A stretch of DNA of 64,000 nt, taken from positions 32,001 through 96,000 of the forward strand of contig CAWDPO010000035.1 of assembly GCA_963804165.1 (NCBI GenBank), given 5' to 3'. Shown here piece after piece: positions 8,292 to 18,909 of this stretch. Source of the stretch: an uncultured delta proteobacterium. GTDB taxonomy: Bacteria > Desulfobacterota > Binatia > UBA9968. Below the pieces are notes generated by a model, which worked only from the letters and a program-made list of their open reading frames with translations, searched no databases and was not told where the DNA came from. Both the position numbers and the translations under genes were made by a program. Each line of letters opens with the position of its first letter. Positions within the stretch are counted from its first letter, which is position 1.

Positions 8292-9419
8292 TCAACGCGG
8301 TGGCATTGGGCGGGGATCGGCGAGGTGCTTGTATAGCGCAATCGTTTCGGGATCACGCGGTAGATCTTTTATGGCCGCCTCGATTGCTTCCGCCGGTATC
8401 GGCGAGGGATCGACGCCCGTGAGCTTTTTGAATTCTTTGGCGAAGCCGGGATCTTTGAACGATTTTGCCATAGCGTCGCGCAGAATGCTGACCAGCTCTT
8501 TCGGCGTGCCGGGCGCCAAGATATAGGGCCAGCGCGGATAGTCGAATGCCCTATACAAGTTCAGCAACCGATGGTCCATCTCGCTCTTGGCAAAGCTATC
8601 GATCTCGGGAGTCGCGCGGGAATAGGGTGGAATGTATCGGCCTTTGGGCACGGTAATGATCGTGTGAAAGTGCACCTTTTCCGCAAGGGATGGATTCTGT
8701 TGCATGGTGGCGCTCGACATGGAGCCGCCGTCCACCTCACCTTGGAGCAGCGCCACGTCTCGCTCCGCAGATGAATAGCCGACGACGAATTTGGGCTCTT
8801 TCAACCCCAACAAATAAGCGGCGAGCCGCCCGTTGATGTAGGTGATATGTCCCACCGAATTGGCGCCGATCCGAAGCCCCGTCGCCGCCCGCAGTTTCTC
8901 CACGCTATCGAGCCCCGCTTCTTTCCGGGTGACGAACGCGGTGGGACTGCCGCTTTCCGTGGAGCCAAGATAAATGAGCTTGTCCAGATCGTAGTTAGTC
9001 CCGGCCAAGCCGAGGATCGGCCCGCTGACCAGCACGTTGCCGACCGCGCAGATCGTGAGGCCATCCGGTTTAGCTCCGGAGTAAATGTAATTGATTGCCG
9101 TTCTGCCGGCGGCGCCCTGCTTATGCTCGATGATGACTGTGGGTTCGCCTGGGATATATTTTTTCAAGTACGGAATCAGGGCGCGCGCCTGTAAATCACC
9201 GTAGCCGCCCGGCGTTCCACCGCGGAGAATCGTCAGGGTCTTCCCTTGATAATAAGCAGTCTGCGCCCAGGATAAACCCGGTACGGCGCAAGCATAAATC
9301 GACCAAAGAGCGACAAAAGCACGCAGCCAGCGAAAATTATTCTTTGTTGGTTTCATCTTTGGGCGGAATGTCGAAGAACAAGTCGAATCTTTCGTCGACT
9401 CTCTTCGGGACATCACCAT
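8292..9419 (-). CDS. Bug/TctC-like substrate-binding protein (start uncertain, possibly near 9356)
   Basis: YQGKTLTILRGGTPGGYGD, AKPDGLT, LAPGTPKE. Confidence 0.85.
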   Translation of the reverse strand: MVMSRRESTKDSTCSSTFRPKMKPTKNNFRWLRAFVALWSIYACAVPGLSWAQTAYYQGKTLTILRGGTPGGYGDLQARALIPYLKKYIPGEPTVIIEHKQGAAGRTAINYIYSGAKPDGLTICAVGNVLVSGPILGLAGTNYDLDKLIYLGSTESGSPTAFVTRKEAGLDSVEKLRAATGLRIGANSVGHITYINGRLAAYLLGLKEPKFVVGYSSAERDVALLQGEVDGGSMSSATMQQNPSLAEKVHFHTIITVPKGRYIPPYSRATPEIDSFAKSEMDHRLLNLYRAFDYPRWPYILAPGTPKELVSILRDAMAKSFKDPGFAKEFKKLTGVDPSPIPAEAIEAAIKDLPRDPETIALYKHLADPRPMPPR

Positions 9420-9515
9420 ATGCTTCTCAAAAGAATCGTGCGACGAAAAATTTAGTCTCAGACGTTTTATTATTTATTTCTCTTGCCTCGTACTCCTACT
9501 ATTTTCAGACCGGAG

Positions 9516-9602
9516 CTAATTCGCTCTATCCGGCCGCACGCCCATGTGGGAAAGCACGCGCAATAGAGTATCGGAGCCGGTGAGTCCTTCGGTTTCTATC
9601 AT
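9516..9602 (-). pseudogene. N-terminal remnant (28 aa) resembling a thiamine-pyrophosphate-dependent enzyme
   Basis: AGGAGA RBS, then MIETEGLTGSDTLLRVLSHMGV and an abrupt stop; resembles the TGxxxLxxxLxxxGV start of TPP enzymes. Confidence 0.5.
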
Positions 9603-9639
9603 GTCGGTCTCCTTCTAAACGGATCCCTCCGAACCGTTG

Positions 9640-9729
9640 GTTCAAGGTTCAATGTTCAAAGTGTTCGGATCTTCAATGAACTGCGTAACCTCGATCCCAA
9701 CCTTGAACTTTGAACGTTGAACCTTGAAC
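9640..9729. repeat. Inverted heptamer microsatellite (GTTCAAN)n ... (NTTGAAC)n hairpin
   Basis: gttcaag gttcaat gttcaaa ... cttgaac tttgaac gttgaac cttgaac. Confidence 0.85.
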
Positions 9730-9736
9730 AAGTGAA

Positions 9737-10744
9737 TTACAATTTGTCTCCCCACAATTTTTTTAGAAAACCGCTGTCGCGCATTTCATTGGTGAATCGC
9801 GGATCATAGAACTCCTCGGTTTTCACCGATGTCGTCTGCGGCATCGATTTGCCGATGAGCGCGAGGATGAGCTCGATCCCTTTGGGATCGACTTGGAGGG
9901 TTCGTTCCATGGCCGCCCCCTCAGATTCGATTGCATGAGTCACCACGTCGCGGTCATCGACTTTAGTATATTTGGTGACGATCTGAGCGGTGCCCTCTCT
10001 GTTCGTTAGATAATAGTGCACGGCTTCGGCGTACGCGCGCATGAACTTATGCAGGTCGGCTTGCTTGCGCTCCACGGTGTTGCGCGCGGAGAGCAGAACC
10101 GTCGCGGCAAAGGGAATCTTCATCGCCGTGATATCGAGGATCACCTTGTACCCCAGTCGCTGCGCGAAAAGGTCGTGCGGCGTGCTCGTGGTCAGCGCGT
10201 CGATGGTTCCCGCTTTGAGCGCGGGAATTCCCTGGCCGATAGTTCCCAGCTGAATGTATTGAAGATCTTTGAGCGGATCCATTTGGAATCGGCCAAGGGC
10301 GGCTTGAGTGAACATGTCAGGATTCGAACCGACTCGATCGATGCCGAGCCTTTTTCCTTTTAGATCCTGGACACTGACGATTTCCTTTCGGCCAACGATC
10401 GCGCCGGTCATACGGTTTTTGCTCTGGCCGATCATGATCAAATTCTTTGCCCCGCCAGAGATCGCCCTCGTCGGGGCGAACCCGCCGATGATCCCGACAT
10501 CGACATCGCCGGATAGAATGGATGTCGTTCCCAGCGGACCGGAGGCGATAAATACGAGCCTTACGTCCAGGCCTTGTTTCTTGAAAAATCCGGCCTCCTT
10601 GGCGATCCACATGGGCGCCATCGAGACCACCGGAGCAGTGTAGAATGCCGTCAGCGGAGATAGCTGCGCCGCCGCTTCTTTGACGGGACCGATAAATGTT
10701 GGAAGAAGAATACCGATCAACGCCGCGAGCTTGGGAAAAGCCAT
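9737..10744 (-). CDS. ABC substrate-binding protein, SsuA/THI5 (NMT1) family
   Basis: Signal peptide; WIAKEAGFFKKQGLDV, DLKGKRLG, ALKAGTIDA. Confidence 0.9.
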   Translation of the reverse strand: MAFPKLAALIGILLPTFIGPVKEAAAQLSPLTAFYTAPVVSMAPMWIAKEAGFFKKQGLDVRLVFIASGPLGTTSILSGDVDVGIIGGFAPTRAISGGAKNLIMIGQSKNRMTGAIVGRKEIVSVQDLKGKRLGIDRVGSNPDMFTQAALGRFQMDPLKDLQYIQLGTIGQGIPALKAGTIDALTTSTPHDLFAQRLGYKVILDITAMKIPFAATVLLSARNTVERKQADLHKFMRAYAEAVHYYLTNREGTAQIVTKYTKVDDRDVVTHAIESEGAAMERTLQVDPKGIELILALIGKSMPQTTSVKTEEFYDPRFTNEMRDSGFLKKLWGDKL

Positions 10745-10968
10745 GGTCGTGTGCCTCCTTTTGGGGCCTGAGGTGGTGTCGGCTAGACGGGCCGGCAGGC
10801 AACCGCGGGCTGGTTAATACGACGCCTCGCCCCGAATACCTCAACCTAGGGACGATGTCCAGATATCAATTGGCCGAGCTGCGCCGCGCTGATTCGCGGG
10901 TCTATGTTGACATCGTCGTTAGTGATCAACTACGTTTGGCCGCAACAGCAGAACAGTGGGCATGACAG

Positions 10969-11952
10969 TTGACGGTGGATCGAAAACCGAAAGAATCTAT
11001 GAGTGAAAGCAGAACCGGTAGCTGGCGTATAGACCTGCACCACCACGTGGTGCCGCCGGAGTTTGCCGACGACTCCATGCCGATCAAGCTGCCGGACACC
11101 GAAGAGCAACTCCGCTCGATGGAGCAGTGGCATATTCGCGCGGCAATTACTTCTCTCACGCCGCGCGTGCTTTTGAAAAATCTTCACCGCCTGCGCGAAG
11201 TGGCGCGTGCCTGCAACGAATTTCAGGCACAACGGGTGCGCGACAATAGAGCGCGCTTCGGCTCTTTCGCTCTACTGCCGCTCCCCGACGTTGACGGCGC
11301 TTTGGAGGAAATGTCCTATGCGCTCGACGTTTTGCGCCTCGACGGGATCGGACTTTTTTCTAGCGTCAACGACCACTATCTGGGCGATTCGCGCTTCGAT
11401 CCGGTTTTCGACGAGCTCAACCGGCGCGGCGCGGTGGTGTTCATTCATCCAACCCACTGCGAAGCGCCGGAGCATGCGCGCTTGGACGCGCCGCCTTTCG
11501 TCGTCGAATATGTCATGGACACCACTCGCGCTATCGTCAACCTCATTTATTCCGGCACGATTAAACGCTGCCCGAATATCCGCCTCATCGTTGCTCACGG
11601 AGGCGGCGCCGTACCGTTTCTGGCACAAAGAATCGCGATGATGCAGGGGCATCGCGGGGCCAAAGGTATCACCGATGTAATCCCGAGCTTGCGCTCGTTG
11701 TATTACGAGATCGCCAGCACGACTTCGGCGTTCGCGCTCCGTTCTTTGCAGGAGCTTGCCGATCCGACGCATATACTCTGGGGATCTGACTTGCCTTTCG
11801 TTTACGGTACGCGGCTCCAGGAGGAGATCGATCATTGGCAACATTATGATGGTTTCGATGCCGCCGGCCGAGCCGCGATTGAGCAGGTCAATGCGCTCAG
11901 TCTTTTTCCGCGTTTGGCGCCGGCGCCGAGCGGGCCGGGCGCTCGGCCCTAA
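10969..11952 (+). CDS. Amidohydrolase_2 family protein (ACMSD/aromatic acid decarboxylase-like)
   Basis: IDLHHHVVP, VFIHPT, AHGGGAVPF, LWGSDLPF; alternative start at 10999. Confidence 0.9.
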   Translation: MTVDRKPKESMSESRTGSWRIDLHHHVVPPEFADDSMPIKLPDTEEQLRSMEQWHIRAAITSLTPRVLLKNLHRLREVARACNEFQAQRVRDNRARFGSFALLPLPDVDGALEEMSYALDVLRLDGIGLFSSVNDHYLGDSRFDPVFDELNRRGAVVFIHPTHCEAPEHARLDAPPFVVEYVMDTTRAIVNLIYSGTIKRCPNIRLIVAHGGGAVPFLAQRIAMMQGHRGAKGITDVIPSLRSLYYEIASTTSAFALRSLQELADPTHILWGSDLPFVYGTRLQEEIDHWQHYDGFDAAGRAAIEQVNALSLFPRLAPAPSGPGARP

Positions 11953-11975
11953 GCTATTCTTACGAGGAGGAAACT

Positions 11976-12965
11976 ATGAACATGAGCAAACAACGGCGGA
12001 TGCTGTTCGGTCTGATCATATTTTCCGTGACGTTCGCGGGTTTCGCGCGCGCCGTGTGGAGCGGCGAAGCAAACCGCTTTCTTGTCAGCTACGGCGGCAC
12101 CGCCGGTTACCAACTTCCGCTTTGGGTGAATAAAGAATTGGGCTTCAGCAAAAAGCACGGCGTCGATCTGGAGATTATTTTGATACAAGCCGGCTCGCCG
12201 AACATCCAAGCTCTGGTCGGCGGCAGCCTTCAGTTGACTCAAACGGCGGCCTCTTCGGCGGTGATCGGCGCGACCCAGGGGGCGCCGGTGGTGATCGTGG
12301 CGACCCTGGAAAACAAGCTGCCGATGCTGCTCGTCTCCCGTCCTGAGATCAAAGAGCCGCAGCAACTGCGCGGCAAGGTCATCGGTATCAACCGTTTCGG
12401 CGGCTCCAACGACGCGGCGGTGCTGATGGCGGTGAAGGCGTGGAAAATGCAGCCGAGCGACATCAAAATGCTGCAAACCGGCGGAACCTCTGCGCGCATG
12501 GCGGCGCTGATGACCAAGAAGGTCGATGCGACCGTGCAGTCCTATCCCGAGATCTACCAGGCACGCAAGCTCGGCATGAACGTTTTGGCCGACATCGGCG
12601 ACTTTGGCTTTTTCACCAACACTTCGAACATCGTCACACGCTCCTACCTTCAACAGAATCGAGCCGCCATCAAAGGATTCATAAAAGGACAAATCGAAGG
12701 CATCCATTATGTGAAGACGAACAAAGAAGGCAGCCTAAAGATTCTCCGCAAGTATCTACAGATCACCGATCCCGAAGCCGTCGAAGGAACTCATAAGTTC
12801 TTCGCCGACCGGTTGAGTAGAGCGCCGCGCACGGAATTGGAAGGAATCAGGAATATCCTGACTTCGATCGACGCGGGGCAGAAAAATCCGGCGGAATTTA
12901 TCGACATGAGCATGATCGACGAAATCGAAAAAGAAGGCTTCGTGCAGAAGTTGTATGGGAACTGA
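11976..12965 (+). CDS. ABC substrate-binding protein, SsuA/THI5 family
   Basis: GAGGAGG RBS, signal peptide, KHGVDLE, LRGKVIGINRFGG. Confidence 0.9.
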   Translation: MNMSKQRRMLFGLIIFSVTFAGFARAVWSGEANRFLVSYGGTAGYQLPLWVNKELGFSKKHGVDLEIILIQAGSPNIQALVGGSLQLTQTAASSAVIGATQGAPVVIVATLENKLPMLLVSRPEIKEPQQLRGKVIGINRFGGSNDAAVLMAVKAWKMQPSDIKMLQTGGTSARMAALMTKKVDATVQSYPEIYQARKLGMNVLADIGDFGFFTNTSNIVTRSYLQQNRAAIKGFIKGQIEGIHYVKTNKEGSLKILRKYLQITDPEAVEGTHKFFADRLSRAPRTELEGIRNILTSIDAGQKNPAEFIDMSMIDEIEKEGFVQKLYGN

Positions 12966-12978
12966 AGGAATGGGGAAT

Positions 12979-13062
12979 TGGAGTGATGGAGTGCTGGAGT
13001 GATGGGTTCGGAAATCTCGTTTCTTCGACAATACTCCAGTACTCCAATACTCCATCACTCCA
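12979..13062. repeat. Inverted octamer microsatellite (GGAGTRNT)n ... (ANYACTCC)n hairpin
   Basis: ggagtgat ggagtgct ggagtgat ... aatactcc agtactcc aatactcc atcactcc. Confidence 0.85.
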
Positions 13063-13085
13063 ATTCAGTGAGAGGAGAGCCGTGG

Positions 13086-14074
13086 ATGGCAGCGAAAATC
13101 AGATTGTCGGTGGCGATCGGCGATTACGAAATCATTCGCGCTTTGAAAGAGGGCGCCGTCGAAGCCGACGGCCTCGAGCTCGTCGTTTTGACCGGTCACG
13201 GACCGCGCGAGCGGCACTGGCGCATGGCGCGCAATCAGGAGTTCGACGTCTGCGAGTTCAACGTCGGCGGATATTTGATGTCGCGCGACCACGGCGATCC
13301 GCTGGCGGCGATTCCGGTGTTTTTGCACCGCCGCTTCCGTCATGGCTTCGCCTTCGTGAACGTCAATGCCGGCATCAAAACGCCGAAGGATTTGATCGGC
13401 AAACGGGTCGGCGGTACCAACTTTCAGCCGGCGGGAAATATCTGGCTGCGCGGCATTTTCGAAGCAGCATTACGGCGTGCCGCACAAAGAGATCACCTGG
13501 GTCGTCGACCGCAGTGAGGATGTGCCGTTTGATCCCCCGCCGGGTTTGAAGATCGAGATGATTCCCGCAGGCAAGTCGATGGACAGCATGCTCGCCGAGG
13601 GCGAGATCCCGGCGATGATCAATCCCTACATTCCCGAGCCGATAGTCAACGGCGACAAGCGGGTCGCGCGCTTGTTTCCAGACTACAAAACAGTTGAGCG
13701 CGAGTATTTTCAACAAACCGGCATCTTTCCGATCATGCATGTGACGGTGATCAAGCAGGAGATCGTCGATAAATATCCATGGGCGCCGGTCAGTCTGGTC
13801 AAGGCGTTTGAGAAGGCAAAGAATATGGCCTACAAGCGCGCTCGCCAATCCGAGAATCACGCCGCTCGCATGGGTCCGAACCGAGTATGAAGAAGAGCGA
13901 AAAATTCTCGGTCCCGATCCGTGGGCCTATGGGCTGGGGGAATCGAATCGAAAAAATCTCGAAACCGCTATTCGCTACTGTCACCAACAAGGATTGACCA
14001 AAAAAGCCATGTCCATCGAAGAGTTATTCATCGATACCGATCCTGAAGACGGCGGCGACGTCGATCATGTGTGA
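13086..14074 (+). CDS. 4,5-dihydroxyphthalate decarboxylase-like protein (SBP fold); 2 apparent frameshifts near 13465 and 13845
   Basis: AIPVFLHRRFRH, TGIFPIMH, DPWAYGL, spread over three consecutive frames. Confidence 0.8.
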
Positions 14075-14134
14075 GTATGAACAATCTGGATTGCCTGAGT
14101 GATGTCACTCGGGATGTCGATCAAATTCGCACGA

Positions 14135-14175
14135 GATCTCCCCTTTGTTAAAGGGAGAGACCAAGAGATGATTTC
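14135..14175. repeat. REP-like GC hairpin
   Basis: atctcccctttgttaaagggagaga; related to 23044-23076. Confidence 0.5.
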
Positions 14176-14242
14176 GCTTTTGCGAACGCTCCGGCAGAGT
14201 TAAGGAAAGCGCGTTAACACAGGAGGAGTGCAATGATTTCCT

Positions 14243-15241
14243 TTGTCACTTAAAAAAGTTGTTTTCATCGCTATTGTGTTCTCATGCGGTTTATCGATGG
14301 GGCATGCCGGCGAAGCACCCCAGAAGCTGCGCGTCGCCTACGCCGCGGTCACAGCGGCGTTTTCGATTCCTTGGATCGCCAAAGAAGCGGGAATATTTCA
14401 GAACCATGGTCTGGACGTGGAGCTTGTCTATATCGCCGCGGGTTCGCGCGCCGTGCAAACCCTGGTCGGCGGCAGCATCGACGTCGCGGCGATCGGCGGC
14501 CCGGCCGGCGTGGACGCGAAGCTTGCGGGAGCGGATACGGTTTACGTCGCCATTCCGGTTAATCGCGTGATCGTCTTTACGGTCGCGCAGCCGCAAATCC
14601 AGCGGGTCGAGGAAATGCGCGGCAAGAGCATCGGTGTTACTCGTGTCGGAACGGTGACGGATTTTTTCACGCGAATATTCCTGCGCCAAAACGGGCTCGT
14701 GCCGGATAAAGACGTCATGATCCGGCAGATGGGCGGCTTGCCCGAGACCGTGGCCGGGCTCAAGGCGGGGCTGATCGAGGGCGGCACGTTCGGTTTTCCC
14801 GCCGTGCTACACGCTCAAGCCGCCGGTTTCCGCGTCTTGGTCGATTACAACAAGGCTGGCTACCGCTATCCGCTTTCTACCGTAATCGTAACGCAAAAAT
14901 TGCTACGGAGCCGGGAATCTGCCGTCCGCAAATTTCTCGAGTCTCACATCGAGGCGGTCCATCGATTCAAGACCGATCCCGACTTCACGATGAAGGTCAT
15001 CGGAAAATATACCAATACGACCGACCGCGGGATGCTCGAGGAAACGCAGCGCGTCTATGCCGACGCATTCGAGAGGGTTCCGTATCCCAACGTGGAAGAC
15101 ATGAAGCTCGGCATCACACAGGTCAGCGAAACCAACCCGCGCGCCAAGGGCGCCGACCCCAAGGAGTTTGTCGATCCGCGCCTGCTGAAAGAGATCGAGG
15201 CAAGCGGCTTTGTAAAGAAGCTTTATGGCGATGGGAAGTGA
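14243..15241 (+). CDS. ABC substrate-binding protein, SsuA/THI5 family
   Basis: WIAKEAGIFQNHGLDVE, MRGKSIGVTRVG, SGFVKKLYG. Confidence 0.9.
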   Translation: MSLKKVVFIAIVFSCGLSMGHAGEAPQKLRVAYAAVTAAFSIPWIAKEAGIFQNHGLDVELVYIAAGSRAVQTLVGGSIDVAAIGGPAGVDAKLAGADTVYVAIPVNRVIVFTVAQPQIQRVEEMRGKSIGVTRVGTVTDFFTRIFLRQNGLVPDKDVMIRQMGGLPETVAGLKAGLIEGGTFGFPAVLHAQAAGFRVLVDYNKAGYRYPLSTVIVTQKLLRSRESAVRKFLESHIEAVHRFKTDPDFTMKVIGKYTNTTDRGMLEETQRVYADAFERVPYPNVEDMKLGITQVSETNPRAKGADPKEFVDPRLLKEIEASGFVKKLYGDGK

Positions 15242-15247
15242 AGGATT

Positions 15248-15320
15248 GGAGTGATGGAGTACTGGAATGCTGGAGTAGTGGGGTTTGGCCCATCACTCCT
15301 TTATTCCGACACTCCAGTGC
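15248..15320. repeat. Inverted octamer microsatellite hairpin (same family as 12979-13062)
   Basis: ggagtgat ggagtact ggaatgct ggagtagt ... catcactcc ttattcc gacactcc. Confidence 0.8.
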
Positions 15321-15333
15321 TGCCAATTTTGCC

Positions 15334-16483
15334 GTGCTTATTAACATCGTCGGCGCCGGTCCGGCCGGTTTGTTGTTCGCGCTGCTGATCAAGCGGCGTT
15401 TTCCGCCGTGGCGCGTCCGCGTCTTCGAACAAAATCCGCCCGACGCCACTTTCGGTTTCGGCGTGGTATTTTCCTTGAACGCGCTCGCGTTTCTGGAACG
15501 CGACGTGCCGGATTTCAGGCGCAATTGATCGACCGCGCTGGAATCCTGGCCGATGCAGCGCATCGTTCACCGCGATGAGCGCGTGGACATCGACGGCAAC
15601 GGGTTTTCGGCCATCGGCCGGCTGGAGCTCAATCAATTTCTCCAGGACCTTTGCGCCGCCGCCGGAGTGGAGATCGAGTATCGCCGGGTCATCGCATCGC
15701 TCGATGAAGTTCAAGACTGCGATCTGCTCGTCGGCGCCGACGGCGCCAACTCGTGTCGTGCGCCGGGCTTTGGAACAGAATTCGAACCGCAATTGGAGTG
15801 GCTCACCAATCGCTTCGCCTGGTACGGCACCCGGCAACTATTCGAGTGCCTCAGCTTGACTTTTCGCGCCAACGAACGACGGGTCGTTTGTCGCGCACCA
15901 TTATCGCCATAGCCGTGCGATGAGCACCTTTGTCGTCGAGTGCGATGAACCGACGTGGCGGCGCGCCGGTCTCGACCGCATGTCGGATGAAGACAGCCGC
16001 GTGTATTGCGAGCGCGTGTTCGCGCCGGATCTTGCCGGCCATTCGCTGGTTTCCAACAAATCGATCTGGCGGCAATTCCCGCTGCTTACAACGCGGCGAT
16101 GGCATGGTGGAAATGTCTTATTGATCGGCGACGCGCTGCGCACGGTGCATTTTTCCATCGGTTCGGGCACACGACTCGCTTTCGAGGACGCCATCGCACT
16201 CGACCGCGCCTTCGCCGAAGCGGGTGACGATGTGCCGGATGCATTAGCCGGGTTCGAGCGGGAACGGCGACCGGTTGTGGAAAAGATCGTCGCCGCGGCT
16301 AACGCCAGCTCTTTCTGGTATGAGCGCCTGAACGAGAAAATGGAACTAGAACCCTGGCAGCTCGCCTACGACTACATGACGCGCAGCGGACGCATGACCG
16401 ACGAGCGGCTGCGCGAGCTGTCGCCGAAATTCATGGCGCGCGTAGAGATGGAGAGAGCGGCGAAGACTCGAGGTGAGAGTTAA
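15334..16483 (+). CDS. FAD-dependent monooxygenase (salicylyl/anthraniloyl-CoA hydroxylase monooxygenase-domain-like); several apparent frameshifts
   Basis: IVGAGPAGL, TFGFGVVFS, LVGADGANS, IGDALRTVHFSIGSGTRLA. Confidence 0.85.
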
Positions 16484-16620
16484 GAAACGCGAATTCGAAA
16501 TCTTCGGTCGCTTGTCCGATTTCCTCACGGCTCATGACACTCGCTCTTGCCTTTCCGGACAAAGGCCAGCACCATTTTGTCTACTAGCCGAGCGTTTAGA
16601 TCTGAGGCATTATTAAAATC

Positions 16621-17310
16621 ATGTCGCAGGACGAGCTCAACACTCCGACCGGCGTAGAAGAGGTCATTGATCTGGACGATCCGGAGCCGCGCTGGCCCGC
16701 GTTCGTCACGGTTATCGCAGTGGGCGGTCTTTATACCGCATTACCCGATGCGCTTACGATGGGTCCTCGTTGGTTGTTCCCATCCGCGGTTCTGGCTCTG
16801 CTGGTGCCGACCATCGTATCGCATCACGCTGGCAAACATCGAGTGAATGCGATTTTTGGGTTTGCCGTGGACGCGGTTCTCACCATCGGTCTGATTATTT
16901 CGGTCATACTCCTGATCGGCGCGCTACCAGCGCATAAAGAATCGCCTCTGGAACTCCTGCTGTCGGCGGCTTCGCTTTGGGCGACGAATATTCTTGTGTT
17001 TGCTCTGTGGTATTGGCGTCTGGACGCGGGCGGACCGCACCAGCGCGATCGGAGTGGCGGATACCCGGACGGAGCCTTCCTCTTCCCGCAGATGACGATG
17101 AGTAAAGAGGCGCTGAGAACAGCAGGCCAGCAGGACTGGTCGCCGAATTTCGTCGATTATTTGTTTCTGGCCTTTAATGCCAGCACGGCATTTTCGCCGA
17201 CCGACGCGCCGGTGTTGGCGCGCTGGGCAAAAGCCCTGATGATGCTGCAATCACTGCTCTCGCTGCTGATTATCGCGCTGCTGGCGGCGCGCGCGGTCAA
17301 CATTCTATAG
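16621..17310 (+). CDS. DUF1345-like membrane protein
   Basis: Several TM segments; FLFPQ...WSPNFVDYLFLAFNASTAFSPTD. Confidence 0.8.
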   Translation: MSQDELNTPTGVEEVIDLDDPEPRWPAFVTVIAVGGLYTALPDALTMGPRWLFPSAVLALLVPTIVSHHAGKHRVNAIFGFAVDAVLTIGLIISVILLIGALPAHKESPLELLLSAASLWATNILVFALWYWRLDAGGPHQRDRSGGYPDGAFLFPQMTMSKEALRTAGQQDWSPNFVDYLFLAFNASTAFSPTDAPVLARWAKALMMLQSLLSLLIIALLAARAVNIL

Positions 17311-17366
17311 CCATCCGTCGCGCAAGCGCTCACGCAAAAGGCAGTCACTGGAGCCGCCTGGCGCGA

Positions 17367-17696
17367 TCATTTTTCAACTTCAAGCCGGTTCACCACGCTT
17401 TGTACGCCGCGAGATTCCCAGGCGATCTTGATCGCCTGTTCGCGCGCTTCGAGAGATTTCACAGTCCCGCTGAGGTAGACCGTGCCGCCGCTGGAGACGA
17501 CTGTCACGCCACCGAGATCCGCTTTTTTGTCGGCTATCAGGCGATCTCGCACGGATTTCGAAAGCGCCTCATCCTGCGGCGTTTCGACAGCCGGAACTCC
17601 GACAGTGATAGAGTCGGTTCGCATCGTTTGACAGGCAAAAACAAATGGTAGAATCAACAACCCAGCGAAGAGTCTGGGTGCGGCGGCGCTTTTCAT
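17367..17696 (-). CDS. BON domain lipoprotein
   Basis: Lipobox FAC; GTVYLSGTV...GVQSVVNRLEV; GGAG RBS. Confidence 0.85.
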   Translation of the reverse strand: MKSAAAPRLFAGLLILPFVFACQTMRTDSITVGVPAVETPQDEALSKSVRDRLIADKKADLGGVTVVSSGGTVYLSGTVKSLEAREQAIKIAWESRGVQSVVNRLEVEK

Positions 17697-17734
17697 GGTG
17701 TGCTCCTGCTCACCGGTCGAAAACTCAACATGGC

Positions 17735-18493
17735 TCACTCAAACATGACGCGGCGGGGACGCCAGTTGTGCGCTCGGTGAGCTTTTAGATAATCCTCGCG
17801 AGTGAATATCTTGACCAGCGCCACGCCGGCGATGAAGCCACCGACGTGGGCCCAGAAGGCGACGCCGCCCACGTCACCGCCGACGCTTGCGAGCCCGCTG
17901 ATAAACTGAATGAGGAACCAGTAGCCGAGCATCACCCATGCCGGCATGGAGATCGACGTAAAGATGATAATTAACGGCACAAATGCAAAAACGCGAACTT
18001 TGGGAAAGAGGATCAAATACGCGCCCATGACGCCGCTGATGGCCCCCGAAGCGCCGACCATCGGAATCACGGAATCGGGACTGGCCAGCACCTGGCCCAT
18101 CGCCGCCGCCAGCCCGCACAACAAATAAAAAGCGATGAATCGCAGCCGCCCCATCGAGTCTTCGACGTTGTTGCCGAAGATCCACAAGAACCACATGTTT
18201 CCCAGCAGATGCATCCACGATCCGTGGAGAAACATGGAAGTGAATAAATGCGACACCTGACGGCCGGGATCGGTAAGACAAAGAACCCCTTCTCCCATCG
18301 GAAAGCGGGTGCCCACGGGGAGCGAAAGTGTGAGCTCGCCGGGAATGAGGCCGAGGTTACAAACGGAACCCGCGAGCGGTAAATCGGCGCCGGCGCCTTG
18401 CACGAAGATCCAAACCAGGACATTCAGTGCGATGATTCCCGCCGTGACTATGGCCGTGCGCTGCGTCTCATTCTCGTCGCGGTAGGGAAACAT
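17735..18493 (-). CDS. Rhomboid intramembrane serine protease
   Basis: MFLHGSWMHLLGNM, GASGA, AFWAHVGG. Confidence 0.95.
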   Translation of the reverse strand: MFPYRDENETQRTAIVTAGIIALNVLVWIFVQGAGADLPLAGSVCNLGLIPGELTLSLPVGTRFPMGEGVLCLTDPGRQVSHLFTSMFLHGSWMHLLGNMWFLWIFGNNVEDSMGRLRFIAFYLLCGLAAAMGQVLASPDSVIPMVGASGAISGVMGAYLILFPKVRVFAFVPLIIIFTSISMPAWVMLGYWFLIQFISGLASVGGDVGGVAFWAHVGGFIAGVALVKIFTREDYLKAHRAHNWRPRRVMFE

Positions 18494-18909
18494 GTTGGCT
18501 ATTGGATGTCGCTAGGGTTAGGCATCACTCCAAGCCGAGAACACCACTCATTCTTTACAAGCCAGCGAACCACTTACCAGGGTAACGACGCCGCCGCCAC
18601 GGTTCAAGAGCATTGGCAAAATTTTGGCGATCGGAAGATTTCCCCATTCTCTCACAAAGCTTTTGCCACGACCGTATCAAACTTAAGGCATTTGCCGTTT
18701 TTACAACAATACGAAATCCGTACTGATGGTTTCGCTCGTCGGGCGGGGTTTTTTGGTTGTCACAATGGCGGCCGATTCCGCGCCCTTATGCCCGTGTTTG
18801 CGACTCATCCATTTCTTCTTCTTCATTGCATTAAATCGACCGGTAAAATAGAGTTTTTCGCGAAACGGCGGCACGCGCCTTATCGCGCCGGCAGATTTTT
18901 GAGGACTCT

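Noticed and set aside
9640-15320. CRISPR array
   Set aside because: Units are 7-8 nt tandem repeats without unique spacers, and there are no cas genes.
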